From NCBI RefSeq assembly GCF_009914755.1, contig NC_060927.1: 64,000 bases of DNA; one strand, 5' to 3'. Numbering within the stretch: the stretch's first letter is position 1; every line of letters begins with the position of its first letter. Positions 27,279 through 46,721 of the stretch are shown here, piece by piece. Source of the DNA: the human T2T-CHM13v2.0 reference genome, Homo sapiens. A program made the translations under genes and the position numbers. The notes under the pieces are model-generated. The model worked only from the letters and a program-made list of their open reading frames with translations. It made no database searches and was not told the origin of the DNA.

Positions 27279-28496
27279 TAAGGTTAGGATTTAATTGAGA
27301 TTTATATTTGCAACTCCAACGATATCTAGGACAATGTTTGGTGTGCAGTAAGTGTTTGATGAATAAATGGGTACTGATGAGGATGGTGCCTATCAGGAAG
27401 CCATAGTCACAAGATTTTGCTCTTACCCTTTTATGTCAGTGACAGGACAAACAAATACGATGTGATGTAATTTATCCACATTGCTGTCCAGTGAGTCAGT
27501 AAGAGAACTGAATAAGAACTCAATAGTATTTTTTCATTTCTGCTTCTTCAGTTTCATCCACACAGCAGAGCCAGTCTCAAAAGATATCCACTTTTGTGCC
27601 AATTCATTATAATTTAAATAGAATAACTAATGGATGAGAACCACTGTACACATAACAAATTAAAAATGAAGGTATTTATTTTCCTGTGTGGATTTTACTT
27701 ATTCCATTTACTTTCTTCAGATTGACCTCAAATATCTCAGGCAATTGAATCAGGCAGAAAAAATATATCTCTCACACTGTTATCTTCAATGACAGTGGCA
27801 ATCTGAATGAATTTTATTGAAAGTAATTTAGCATTGACTGGTTAAATATACAAACTACCCATCTAAATCAGAGATAGTGCCGGAGTACTTCAAATTAGAG
27901 ACAAAAAATAAATATTTGGAGATTACATCACAAATTGGAACTGTCTTAGAAGGCAGTTCAAATGTAAAAATGAAATAAATTATTTAAATTTAAAATATTT
28001 TACTCCATCCATCAGTGACAAAAGCAGCTGCACTTTCTCTTTCTAATCATAACAATAGAAAACAAGCTAGCTATTTTTTAACAGACAAGTTGAGGAAAGA
28101 TATGCCTTCTTAGCTCCATTCTTTTGCCCCATTAAAAGTATATTTTCGAAGAGGTATTCTGGTGATCTTTAATCCAGGCAGTAACTATACAGAGAAAAAA
28201 GTAGCCACACCTGTAGTATAGTTGAACTTTTAACTACCTTTAAAGACCAGACAGGAATTCTCTGGCATTTTTCCTGAGAGTTTTAATGTTTAACTTTGGG
28301 TTGTGCCCCACTTGGGGAAAGAATATGGAGGGAGTATAGCCTGGTATTTAAGAATGTAGCCTCTGGAGGCAGAAGTCTGTTTAGGTCTTATAAACACCTA
28401 AGGGCTGCTATTGTTAAAGTTACAACTGTACATGATTATGGTAGCAGTGTTGAGGAAATTCCTACTGGGGACCCCAGTCAACAATTTTTAAAAATT

Positions 28497-28808
<312 letters not shown>

Positions 28809-29474
28809 TAACAATATTTTTGATCACCTCAATTTCTCTGATACACATACTATCACAGATCATTTCCCCTTAATGTGCCGTAAAATAATTACCCAAATGA
28901 TGAACATTTACATTTTAAAATTCAAGGAGCTCCCAGTAGTCAATAATTCCAAAGCAACAGAGATTAGTCTTGCTATTGTTCTGTTTTTCTAAAGAATCTC
29001 ACACGTCATCCACACCAGTTCTACATTTGTGGGCTTGCTATGTTTGAGGCGCTACAGCTGCTTTGTGCAGGGCATCAAAGATGAATGAGACCAGTTCCTG
29101 CTGGTAAGGATCTCCAGATATGCAGTGAAGTGAGGAGCTACTACTGTCTGTGCACACTACAACGAGGTAAAGTGCCACAACAGAAGTCCTGTCCGCAAAG
29201 GGTTCTCGATGGCTGGGTGCCTGCCTGGAGCTCCGATCTCATCCTGCACTCTTCTCCCCTCTCTCTCGCTCACTGACGTGTTCCAGAGCATTGGCCTCCA
29301 CTATGATTTTACAGCACGTCAAGGCTGCTCCACTGTCAGCAACTGACGCTTCCCTCTTCCTGGACTCTTCTTCCCTGTGAAATTTAAAAGGTTGATTTCT
29401 CTCCATCATCCAGGTCTCAGCTCGTATTCCTCTTCAAGGATAGCATCCTTACTATCTGGTATTAAGTAGCTTAC

Positions 29475-31701
<2,227 letters not shown>

Positions 31702-31759
31702 TCCTTAACCTTCCCCTAGTTTCTCTCTATTATGTTGCCATTTTTTAATTTCTTTCATT

Positions 31760-31960
31760 TTTCTTTGAGACAGCGTCTCACTCTCTCACCCAGGCTCGAG
31801 TGCAGTACAGCAATCACAGCTCACAGCAGCCTCAGCTAATTTTCTTTATTTTTTGTAAAGACAGGGTCTCATTGTATTGCCCAGGCTGGTCTCAAACTTC
31901 TGGCCTCCCACCTTGGGCACTCGAAGTTCTGGATTACAGACATGAGCCACTGTGCTGGGC
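31760..31960 (-). mobile_element. Internally deleted AluJ
   Basis: Alu fragments joined across deletions. Confidence 0.8.
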
Positions 31961-32840
31961 TGCTTTTTTGTTTCTTGTTATTTTGTACAGCACTATAGGA
32001 AATTCTCTTGTTTATTAATTGATAATGTACTTATTTTTACATATTTAGTCCATGAAAAGCCTCCCTTCCACCTCATTTCCCTTGTGCTACTCTGTAATCT
32101 TCTTGAGAATCAGAACTTGAGCTACATTGATCACAGTAGCATCCCCAGCCCCTAGAGTGACTGCTGGTAGAAATTATTGTTAAATAAATAAATAAATAAA
32201 CTAAATTTTTATAACTGGTATAAGCTTTAGAGAGGAGGCACAGCTTAAGTTGCTCGAAGATATGTAAGAAAATTATCGGGTGACAATCAGAGAAACTTTC
32301 CAGCATGTGCAATAGAGAGCAGGGTCACCACAGAATGATGATACGATGGTGCTCTTGGAGGAGGCCAAGGATGTGAGAGGCTGCAAAAAGTGAGTTGGAA
32401 CCAAATCACTAACAACTGTTTAGAAATAATAAGAAATACATAACAAGAAATGTTGAATGATTTTACATGGAGAAGTAACTTGATTAGCTTTGCAGTTTAA
32501 ATACTCTATATCGCTGGTGTCATTGTCAAAGAAGATTGCTTGGAGGGAGGCCAAGTGGGAGGCTGGGAAGCAAGTTTTTTTTTCTATCTTCCAAGGTTTT
32601 AGCTGGTTAATCCGATGAACTAATGAGTGCCAAATCATTTATAGAAAATTGCTAATAGAAAATCCATCTCTTTATCTAGGTAATGTGTATTATAGTAGTT
32701 GACACTGGAGATAATATTCTTTCCTCTAGCAAGTGGGGAAGACTTTTGGCAACATACCAAGCAGCCTTCTTAAGAGTTTTTTTTTTTTTTTTTCACTCTT
32801 GAAGCACAAGTTACATAAAGTCCACTGCTATAATAATTTC

Positions 32841-32843
32841 TTT

Positions 32844-32884
<41 letters not shown>

Positions 32885-33167
32885 AGACGGAGTCTTGCTC
32901 TTTTGCCCAGGCTGGTGTGCAGCAGCACGATCTCGGCCCACTGCAAGCTCCGCCTCCTGGTTTCACACCATTCTCCTGCCTCAGCCTCCCGGGTAGCTGG
33001 GACTGCAGGTGCCCGCCACCACGCCTGGCTAATTTTTTGTGTTTTTTTAGTAGAGATGGGGTTTCACTGTGTTAGCCAGGATGGTCTCCAACTCCTGATC
33101 TTGTGATCCGCCCGCCTCAGCCTCCCAAAGTGCTGGGATTACAGGCGTGAGACACCAAGCCTGGCCG
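32841..33167 (-). mobile_element. AluY with long T tail
   Basis: gcaagctccgcctcc and gttagccaggatggtct diagnostics; TSD aataatttcttt. Confidence 0.93.
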
Positions 33168-34398
33168 AATAATTTCTTTAGAAACCAAAAGATTCAGTTG
33201 TATATGTTCCAGTCTGGCAGTGTCATACAAAGTTACATTTGGAAAGATATTCAAGCAGTCTTTTTCTCTCTTGCTCTAATTTTACAACGGTATAAACAAA
33301 ACTAAACATTGCTACATGATGACGGCTTATACTTAAGCAGTAAGAAAGTAAAAGACGCCATCAAACTTTCAAGTGTGGGTGACGTGAGTAATGAGGGTTT
33401 TGAAAAGAGAGATGGCAGCAGGAAAATCTGATAGACTCTCAAAGTCTAGAGATGACGTGTTTGGTTTTAAGCACTTGATTTCATGTTCTATCCTCCCTTC
33501 ATCCCATTTCCTATTCAGAAAACATTATGCACAAACACAGACATTGTATTTGGGAAGTTATGGACTTACTTCCTAACTGAAGATTTTCATGTGAAAAAGA
33601 CTTTAGTTAATAACATATCTGCATTGGTTCATTAATTGTTACCAATGTATTACACTAATGCAAAATGTTAATAGGAGAAGCTATGTTTGTAGGAATAATG
33701 TCATGTGAGAACTCTGCTCAATTTTTCTGTAAATTTAAAACTTATAAAAGTAAAGTCTTATTTTTTTTAATGACAGAGAGAAAGTAACACTTTGACATTA
33801 CATAACTATAGCAGTGCCAGCACCGCTTGCCTACCAGAATGTTTTACTCAGAGATAGCATGATCATGCACTTGATTTGCCCAGGATGATCCAGTTTATGT
33901 CTGTTGTCCAGGTGTAATTATTAACTGAGCCTCCCTTTGTTCTCAGAAGTTTTCCATTCCCAATGATAAATTGCATGGTCACTGTACATAGAGGGGAAAA
34001 GAGAAGTAAAATCTTTTTAACGTATGTCTTTGACTGTGCCCCTTTTTTTTAAGAGTCTCATCTAAGCCTCATAATGTTCCTATGAGGACAACTTTGTCTT
34101 CTTCAATTTCCAAATGGGAAAACTGAAGCTCAGAGAGGATAGTCATTTACCTGAGACCATACAATTCATCACTGGCAGAACCACCAGTTAAACCTTGATC
34201 TCTATGACTCCAAAGCTCATGCTCTATTTACTGTAGTATTTCAATTCTGGAAAAAAGCCAGGTGATCTTTGGATATCTTTCAAGATGCTGTAATTTTTGA
34301 AGGAATTCTATAGCAGCTATACTAAGAAGCTCATATACATGGTACAAGGTAGTAGAAAGTAGAGATTATATATAAAGAGTTTTATTTACAAAACTCTG

Positions 34399-34710
<312 letters not shown>

Positions 34711-34956
34711 TCACAGTTAATGTCTGTTCTATCCCTGGATAATCTGATAATAATGATGGCTGTAATCCATTATCTCCCATAAGTACAGTGATAGGTAGCC
34801 CTCAGATCTGCTGGCTGATCTCAGCATATCAGAGAAAAGCTATTAATTTGTGCCACTACATCTGTGCAGAGAGGAGGGAGTCTTTGGGGAAGCAGCAAAT
34901 CCTGCAGGCTGTGGCAGCAGCTCACATTTCTGGCTGACTGGAAACACCAACCAATC

Positions 34957-35049
34957 TTTTTTTTTTTTTGAGATGGAGTCACGCTCTGTTGCCCAGGCTG
35001 GAGTGCAGTGGCGCAATCTCGGCTCACTGCAAGCTCCGCCTCCCAGGTT
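34957..35049 (-). mobile_element. 5'-truncated AluY 3' fragment
   Basis: TSD aacaccaaccaa. Confidence 0.85.
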
Positions 35050-35327
35050 AACACCAACCAACCTTTTACTTTTCTTCCCCCAACACTTTTGGACTCATTT
35101 CAAAGACTGCAATATCCTGGCCAGATCTTCCATACACATTTTTCTCTTTCACTCCGAAATTCTCACAATGCATCCACCATCCCTACCATTTGCCATCATT
35201 CCAAAACAGTGAGGCCTGCCTTGGGATGGGATCATTTCAGTTGTGGCAGAAGAACAGTAGTAGCAGCTGGATTAGAAGTTGTTTCATAAAGGACCTCTTC
35301 AAAAGATGATCAAACTTTTCTGTCTCA

Positions 35328-35640
<313 letters not shown>

Positions 35641-35926
35641 GTTCATTACAAACTTTATTCTTTGTGTGGTGCTTTATATGCATCATCTCTATCATCAGAC
35701 ACACCTGGATTGAGCCTCAGCTTCACCACTGAGTTCTGCCAATAATACCTCTGTGTTCTATAGTTCTTTGTTCCTCTCTGTTCCACAGTTTCCTTATGTA
35801 GAAAATGGAGGCAATAAAAATACCTATCTCATAGGGTTGTGGTGGGCTGGAATGACATAAGGCATGTAAAAGACAGTCTGACAAGGTCAGTTCTGTGAGG
35901 ACAGGGGAGATTGATTTCACGCCTAA

Positions 35927-37434
<1,508 letters not shown>

Positions 37435-37799
37435 AAAGTATGGTCTGGAGGCTCCTGGAGACCCACAAGATGCTGAAAGGGGTTCCGTCAGGTCAAAACT
37501 ATTTTGGTAAAAATACCAAGATGTTATTTGCCTTTTTCACTCTTTCTCATGAGTGTAGAGTTTTCCAAAAACTACTTGCAACAGATACATGCAGAAGCAC
37601 ATAAGGGAATCCAGGGGCTTTCTATTAAAGTAGACCGTAAAGAGATTTGCCAGATTGTAAAACTATGTCATAATTCTATTTTCTTTTGTTTTGGAAAATA
37701 TATTTCTGATACATGAAAAATGTTAATTATATTAACATGTAATGGTTTTATATTATCATTGAATGAATTAATAAATACTTTTTAAAAATAACCGGTTTT

Positions 37800-38084
37800 G
37801 GCTTGGTGTGGTGGTTCATGCCTCAGCACTTTGGGAGGCCGAGGCAGGCGATCATTTGAGGTCAGGAGTTCGAGACCACCCTGGTTAACATGGTGAAACC
37901 CCCTCTTTACTAAAAATACAAAAATTAGCCAGGCATGGTGGCATGAACCTGTGGTCCCAGCTACTCAGGAGCCTGAGGCAGGAGAATCGCTTGAACCTGG
38001 GAGGTGGAAGTTGCAGCAAGCCAGGATCATACCACTGCACTCCAGCCTGGGCAACAAAGTGAGACTCAGTCTCAAAAAAAAAAA
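37800..38084 (+). mobile_element. AluS
   Basis: Alu dimer. Confidence 0.92.
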
Positions 38085-38145
38085 GTCGTTTTCAATTTCT
38101 AATACAATACATATCAGTGGCTGTAACCCCCATAATCATGCTGGA

Positions 38146-38295
38146 GCCCGGCATGCTGGCAAGTGCCTGTAATCCCAGCCACTCAGGAGGCTGAGGTGAG
38201 AGAATCAGTTGATCCCAAGAGTTTAAGGTTGTAGTGAGCTATAATCAAGCCACTGCACTCCAGCCTGAGCTACAGAGCAAGACCCTGTCACTTAA
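38146..38295 (+). mobile_element. Alu right monomer (FRAM-like)
   Basis: gcctgtaatcccagccactcaggaggctgagg..agcaagaccctgtc. Confidence 0.8.
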
Positions 38296-39708
38296 ACCAA
38301 TCAGTCAATCAATCAAAACTCACTGACTCCTTAAATAATGTCTAAGAATGTAGAGGCTTCTCACGACCAAGAAACATAAGTACCACTAATCAAGCACAAG
38401 CCTGACACACAGTAAGCGTTATTAGTAAACCATATAGTAAACATGATTGAATGACAAGCATAGGGCCTGGCTTAGGATAACTGCTCGATAAATGACATTG
38501 CTATTGCTGCTGGTGTGGTGATGTGCGGATGGTAGTAATGAAAATCACAGTAGGAAGTATGCTCATAGCCTTCTACAAGACTGGAGTAAATAACGGTGAT
38601 TTTCAGATACAAATCTTACCTTGCTTTAGGCTGCAGATGTAAGTTAGACTTTAATGTAACAAAATTATGTTAAGTGTTTCGACTCTCTTCCTCTTGGCTT
38701 ACTCCTTTTCTAATGGAGATGCTCGTTCTCTTCTTACCTAAAGCATTGTAAATTGAGTTTGGGTCTGAAAAATTCAAAAGTGTTATGTGTGGTTTCAGAC
38801 TGAAGGAGTTGGAAGTCAGAAACTTTGGATTTTACAAATTAAGGAACCAGAACATGTACTAAGGATTTGCTGTGAAAATTGGATGTGAGAACATTCCTCC
38901 AAACTTCTCATTGGATGGGGTGGTAGACTTCGCATCTCCCCAACCCTTCTCTCAATTTCTCCATCCTCCTGTATGTCTAGTCTAGCTACTGGAGGAACAT
39001 AGATCACTTTATTTGGATATGCTGGTAAATTGGCTGTCCAGAAAGAAAAAAAAATCTTCAGTTTGTGGTATTTGCTGATTTCCATGGAGTAAATGCTGCT
39101 ACCATGGGCAGTTTCAATTACTAATGTAATATTACTGAACTCCAAGTTGGGACGAGAAGAACATACTGTAATTGGCTCTCACAAGCTGATTTAAGCAGTT
39201 TCCCAGCACATCTGTTTCTGGCCCTCTATTTTGGTAGCGCAAAGTTGAAATATCTGACTTGCTCTCCTACATCTTTAATAGCTGGCCCATCCTCTCCTCT
39301 ATTTTGTTGTCTAATACTCCCAGCTAGTCAATATCCCCAGGTCCCAGGATTATTTCCTGCTACTTCTGCCTTCATGCTTTAGCTAACAGTGTCACCTCTG
39401 GGTACTAATGTGCTCTACTACATCCTTCTGCCTACTCATTTGCTATCCAATTCTTTGTGGAAAAACTAAAGTGCTTCTTCCTCCCTATCTTTTCTGAACA
39501 CACGAAGCTATCACTCATATATCTCCTGTAAAATGATAGGACATATTGAGGAATAATATCTAATCTCAGAAATGGTAACTTTATTATTACCCAAAACGTG
39601 TTAGTATGGTGTTGTTGGTGTTATTGAAATAGCTTAGGACTACATAGAGAGCACTGCATCGCTAATCCTGCCATTAGTGTACTAAGTTGTCATAAGAAAA
39701 TCACCTAA

Positions 39709-40002
39709 GGCTGGGTGCGGTAGCTCACACCTATAATTCCAGCACTTTGGGAGGCTGAAATGGGCTTATCTTTTAAGCCTTGGAATTCAAGATGAGCCTG
39801 GGCAACATGACAAAACCTCGTTTGTCTCTACAAAAATTAGCCAGGTGTGGTGGTATGCACCTGTAGTCCCAGCTACTCGGGAAGCTCAGGTAGGAGGATC
39901 ACTTGAGCCCAGGAGGTCAAGGCTGCAGTGAGCTGTGATGGTGGCACTGCACTCCAGCCTGGGCAACAGAGCAAGACTCCGTCTCAAAAAAAAAAAAAAA
40001 AA
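39709..40002 (+). mobile_element. AluJ
   Basis: aggaggtcaaggctgcagtgagc diagnostic. Confidence 0.9.
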
Positions 40003-40008
40003 ACACAC

Positions 40009-40153
40009 AGAGAGAGAGGGAGAGAGGGAGAGAGGGAGGGAGGAAAGGAGGGAGGGAGGGAAGGAGGGAGGGAGGGAGAGAGGGAGGGATGGAGGGAGGA
40101 AGGAAGGAGGGAGGGATGAAGGAAGGAAGGAAGGAAGGAAGGAAGGAAGGAAG
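40009..40153. repeat. GA-rich / (GGAA)n low-complexity tract
   Basis: Direct reading. Confidence 0.95.
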
Positions 40154-40719
40154 GACAGACCTAGACATTCTGAGCCTTGGTTTCCTCATTTGTAAAATGA
40201 AGGTAAAGGAATACATGATTTCAAAGAATATTGTCCATTTCCATTTATTAGATTCCATTATTCTGTTAAAAAAAGTAATTTTTATAAACAAAAATCTCAG
40301 GACCTACTCCTATTCTTAAAATTCAATGTCACTTTTATTTTGAAACAAGTCAGCTTCACCATGTTTTAGCTTATTATTACCCTTTTCTAATATTTCATAT
40401 TTAAAGTAATCCTGTTCCCCATCAGCTTTCATCTCAGTTTCTCTATAAGATCAATTTTATACCTTTCCGACAGATAAAACAACATATAAGTGCTTTTGAT
40501 GAGTGGTTCAAATGAAAATTAAAACAAAACTTTTTAACTAACTTTAAAAAAAAGATCATGTCAAAGAATTAAAAGCACACAAAAAGCTACCTAGGCAGAA
40601 AACTCCTTAGAGGGAAAGTTTGAGATTCTTGAATATTTTTAAGTTCCTTCTGGTGAAGTATTTTCTGTATGGCCATATCTTTAGGGTCTAAAAGAAGCCG
40701 TTAGAAAAAAACTGATTTG

Positions 40720-41052
<333 letters not shown>

Positions 41053-41227
41053 AACTGATTTGAGATAAAATTTTGTTCGCATGCAGCTTCATGGGAACTA
41101 GAAAATATATGGTGAGATCAAGTTTTATATTTACTGAGAAAGCCAAACTATATTCTTGAATAAAATGCAACTAACTCATAATTCTTTCCACAATCCTTTC
41201 CTTTATATCTTTCTAGAGATTCCAAAG

Positions 41228-41370
41228 TTTTTTGTTTTTTTTTTCTTTTTTTGCAGAGACAAGGTCTTGCTGTGTTGGCCAGGCTGGTCTCAAACTCCTG
41301 GGCTCAAGCAATCTGCCTGCTTCAGTCTCCCAAAATGTTGGAATTACAGGCATGAGTCACTGCGCCCAGC
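41228..41370 (-). mobile_element. Alu left monomer (FLAM-like)
   Basis: TSD ccaaagtttt. Confidence 0.8.
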
Positions 41371-42237
41371 CCCAAAGTTTTCTTTTTTATCCCTAAGTTG
41401 AGTTCCAACCTTTTCAGAATCTTACGCATATTTTCTCTTTGCCCACATTAACTCAGTGTGTGATGGGGTAATTGCAAGGCAAGGAGCTGTGTGTAATCCC
41501 TTTCGCGTGGTTTGACTTGGCATTTTAAAATTTACAGTTTCACCAGTGGGAACAAGCAGAATGGCTCAAGCTGATATGAAGTGAAAATTTTCAGCTGTTT
41601 TCTCAGCATGCTAGGTAGTAAAATCAAGGAAATGCAGGTTGTAAGTGAATATAGAGGTCATCTATTTTCTTGCAACTTACAGTGTAGTTGAGGACCAGCA
41701 GCATCAGCTAGTTTGAAATGAGCTCAGGCCTCATCTCAAACCTGCTGAATCAGACTGTATTTTAACACGATCTCCCAAGTGATTTGCTTACCTGCAATAC
41801 ACCATCTCCAACTAAGTGGTAATGCAGCCTACACTTGAGTGTGTTCAGTCACAGCAATGCCCTACTTCAAAATGCAACTCATTCCAATTCCTTCTTCCTC
41901 CAAAATATCTAACTACTACTTAAGATTCATTTGGAAACATTGCCTTAATAACTTCTCTTGCTCAAATGGATCATTCAATGTCCAAAGTTATTAGTCCCAA
42001 ACTTGTACCCAAGTGCAGTCTGAACCTCTCCATCCTTATTTTTCAATCTTGCTTCTGTGGTGCCTGTACGCCAACAAAATTGCTCTACCTGTGTTTCATA
42101 ACAACTCTAGCAGTCACTTCTGCCAGTAACTTGGTCCACAACATTCTTCCTCTCTGGAACTCTCTTTTGTTCTCTCTCTACTCGTATAGATTCTATCCAC
42201 CCATAAAACCCTCACCTCTTGTGATTTTCCAGTCACT

Positions 42238-42815
42238 GTAACAGGCTTTCCCTGTTTTCATTGGTTTCATCATTATATAGGCATGGTAAGGCCAACATAG
42301 CAAGAGATGATTGCCATTTGAAAAGGTTGTTTGTACATTGTAATTCCCAAGACGGGGAGGCATGCTATGCTGTGGGACTATGTATGGAGAAGCACCAGGG
42401 TCAGTTAGGAGGCAGAGTGTGAGGGGAACCCAAAGGCAAGAGCCTTTAATGTGGTTTTCATGAGGTGGAATGGGGAAGGAGTAAGCAGGCTTAGGATTGG
42501 CTAGCATGAATGATTTTAGCTGGCTCTGGGGCATAGAGGCTGTGCCTAGTTGTCTGATACCTGGCCCTGGGATAATAAGGGCATGTGGAGAGCGGCCTGG
42601 AGTATGAGATGCCAATAAGAGAGGTAGCTGGAAGTATGAGCTCTGGATTAGTTGGTTTGCATTTGAAAGCCATGCTCAGGCCAAGTTATTTACTATCTCC
42701 AGTATTTACTCTCTCTAGGAATTCGCTAGCCCTGAGAGGGGAGTCCCTCTGGGGTTAGCAAGGCTCCAGCTATCAAAGCATCAGAACTTGGAAAATAAAA
42801 GACATGGTTAATGAA
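42238..42815 (-). mobile_element. ERVL LTR, MER74-like
   Basis: atggtaaggccaaca..gaagcaccagggtcag..catggttaat. Confidence 0.7.
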
Positions 42816-44155
42816 TCTCAGGAGTACTTTTGTCTTAGTCTGTAGAAGCAACATTTGTCTTTGTACTTTCCATAGGAGGCAAGGAGAGGAAAATGTGATA
42901 ATTCAATCATCCTGCAGATGGACTTCCAGCTTCCACTCTCAGCGATAACAGTGCACAAGGGCATCTTGGGCATGAAGGAAGATTAATGGGAGAAGCCAAA
43001 GCAACGGTAAGAAAGTTCTTCTTCAAGCATTTCTCCCCTGACATACACCCAAATCTCTCTTGTTCTCCTATAGTAGAGCTAGAGATGCTCTCTAGATATT
43101 GTACCCAGGCTTTAATTCATCAACCAAAATGTTCACTGATGACAAAACTGGTAGTCTCCTGCTGGACAGTCACATAGATGGCTCTGATTTCAGCAAACAG
43201 GGCATCTCCTCTAGGGTTTCGACTGCCTTGCCAAATTCCTGATTTCTCAGGGAGAAAAGGCAAAGTGTCTTAGCAGCCTGATGCATGTCTTCGAAAAAGC
43301 TTAACAAGTATTCCCGGTTTGTGGTGGAGCATGGGTATGTGTGCACACATACATAGGTACGGACACACACACACACAGAGTCATGCACACACAGGCATAC
43401 ACACTCAGAACAGCAGATGACAGATACTCTGACTTATATCCCAGTCAAGACATGCCTGAGCCAAATGGAACTGTTCCTTCTTTTCCTTTCAGTCCAACTA
43501 AAGTCCCACATTACTACACAAGGTACCCAGCTGATGGCAATGTGATTAATGCAGGCCAACTGCTGCAGATCTGCAGTCAGGAAAATCCATTTTGTCTCCC
43601 CATTTAAGTTCTGGGAGCACTCTTGGAGAGAACACTTGTGAGATCTTTTTAGCCAGCTGGATGTAGGACATTGTAATATTAGGGAATGTGATAAAGATTT
43701 GCTTACGTCCTTGTTCACCTAAGGATGATAGACAAAATCTTAGACAACTGAAAAAGGACAAAGGCATGAATTATTCAAAACAGCAAATAATCTGGAATCA
43801 ATTCTTATAATGCAAAATTACTGTTCAAAAGTGACTTCTTGTTTCTGTGATCCTTAACTGCCCATTCACATGCACTAATGAGCTGCCAGGAAGGTAGCTG
43901 AAAGCTCTTTGTTTCTGGAAGGGCTTGCTCACTGTAGGTGATAGAGCAGGGCATCAGTCATTTCTCTGAGAGATTCCCAGGTGTCACTATCCAGAAGTCT
44001 TTTCTCTTGGCTTGGCAGATTCTCAAATGTCCCACATCGGGAGGCGAGGGATAGGTATAGACCTAGTTGATACCATTCTGGGATACAAGTGGGAAGGAGG
44101 AGCTGAAGAGTCGCACCATTCAATATGTACTGGTTTTGCTGTTCACTGTTTTTGA

Positions 44156-44527
<372 letters not shown>

Positions 44528-46000
44528 CACTCCAGCTCTTTTAACAGTGAGATGGGTAGGCTGCCTGACTGCATGGGTTAGGGGAGGGCATCCACAGTTT
44601 TAACTATTTCTTGAGCAGAACTTCAGTCAATCCCATTTCCAGTCATACATGCACACATGCCTCCAGATGTATCTAGTGTTCCTTGTCTGTGGGAGTTTGG
44701 CGGTAAGAATCAGCTTACTTCTTATTTTTCCCCCATTACAAGCACTGATGTTTCAATTTTTTCTGATTGATTAAGGTGATTACCACTGACGCATCTGCTT
44801 ACCCAGTTGTTAAGTTTTGTTGCTTCCCTTGAATGCTGTCATTACTTATCTAGGTTCTTAGACTCTTATACCCTCTTTGGGAGGGGTGGGAGAAGAACCT
44901 GTTAAAGAAGGATGAGTTAGTCACACTTCTCCAATCATGACATATCAACAGGGAAGGGCCACCTCTTGTTTATTTGTTTATATGTCGATTTATCTTTTAT
45001 CTTTTTTCCACTCCCAACCCTTTTCTTCTCCAAAGACAATGTTTAATGTGCATGGTTTTGTTTGAGTTCTTAAAAATGTGTATTTTTTGTTTTGTGTATA
45101 TAAATGTAAACATACACATGGTATGGTGTTCAAATTCTTATTCAATTTCTTAGTCTTTTTCATTCAGCATTATGTTTTTACGATACAATCACATTACACT
45201 GTCTACCTCTAATGACTTATATCTTTCCTTATTCCTTTACTGGTATTTCCTTTAATTATGGTTTGATTGATTGGAGTTTTGTATTATTTTTTTTCTCAAA
45301 ACATACCTATAATTTAGCTCTATCATTTTAGTTTTTTCTAAAATAGAGCAAGAATTCAAAGATATTCTTCAGCAATTTGAGTGCAAAATTCTCCCCAAAT
45401 TTTGGTGATTTTACCCCAATCTTTTATAGCTACCTCACTCACATCGAATCTAACACTTGCATATTCCTCTCCTGAGGGCTCATAATTTTTATTAGAAAGA
45501 ATAATTGTCTTTCAAACATATTTTAATAAGTGTCGGCAAAATATAATTAAATTAGATCACTGTAATAACAGGTACAACTAGCCTAATCCCGTTTGAGGGT
45601 AAACACAACAGAATCTTGGTAAACATACCGCTCAGTTGGAGGAAGAAGTATGGCAGCATATTAGACAGCAGCGAGTATTCAGCAGGCCATGGGCATCATT
45701 TGGAAAATCTTACATGTGAATGTGAACATTGGTTAATCCAGAGAGTCATTCCACAGAACTTCTACTATAGGTTTTGTTTGCTTGCTTGTTTCTGAAAACA
45801 CCCTATCATTCTCATTCTCTTTTGTTTGATTTATTTAGATTTAATTGTGCTTAAATAAGAGTAGCTCCACCACAGGCCAGAATGGAAAAGAGTTGAAAGT
45901 AAGTCTCTGAGAAGCTGGCAGGAAGATACTGGTACTGTTTTTGCCAAATGTTTTTATCCTAAATATGCGGTATCAAGGTTCTAGCAAATCAAATCTCCTC

Positions 46001-46721
46001 ACACTTTTACACTGTTGGTGGGAATGTAAATTAGTTCAACCATTGTGGAAGACAGTGTGGTGATTCCTCAAAGATCTAGAAACAGAAATAACATTTGACC
46101 CAGCAATCCCATTACTGAATATATACCCAAAGGAATATAAATCCTTCTATTATAAAGACACATGCATGTGTCTGTTCATTGCAGCGCTATTCACAATAGC
46201 AAAGACATGGAATCAACCCAATTGCCCATTAATGATAGAACTGGATAAAGAAAATGTGGCACATAGTATACCATGGAATACTATGCAGCCATAAAAAGGT
46301 ACAAGGTCGTGTCCTTTGCAGGGACATGGATGGAGCTGGAAGCCATTATCCTCAGCGAACTAATGCATGAACAGAAAACCAAACACCACATGTTCTCACT
46401 TATAAATGGGAGCTGAATGAAGAGAACTTACGGACACATGGTGAGGAACAACACACACTGGGGCCTGTCGGGTGGAGATGGAGAGGGAGAGCATCAGGAA
46501 GAACAGCTAATGGGTGCTGGGCTTAATACATAGGTGATGGGTTGATCTGTGCAGCAAATCACCATGACACACGTTTATCTATGTAACAAACCAGCACATC
46601 CCACACAGGTACCCTAGAAGTTAAAATATATGTTGACAAATTTAAAACAGGAAAAAAAAGTTTTACACTATTCCATTGTATGGATACTTGACAATTGATT
46701 AAAACAGTATTCTATTTTAAA
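46001..46721 (+). mobile_element. Older L1PA 3' fragment with short 3' transduction
   Basis: L1 3' end to ~46659; TSD aaatcaaatctcctc at 45986-46000 and 46722-46736. Confidence 0.9.

Noticed and set aside
39917-40319. ORFs rich in E/G/R or P/S/L
   Set aside because: Translations of an Alu tail and a GA microsatellite.
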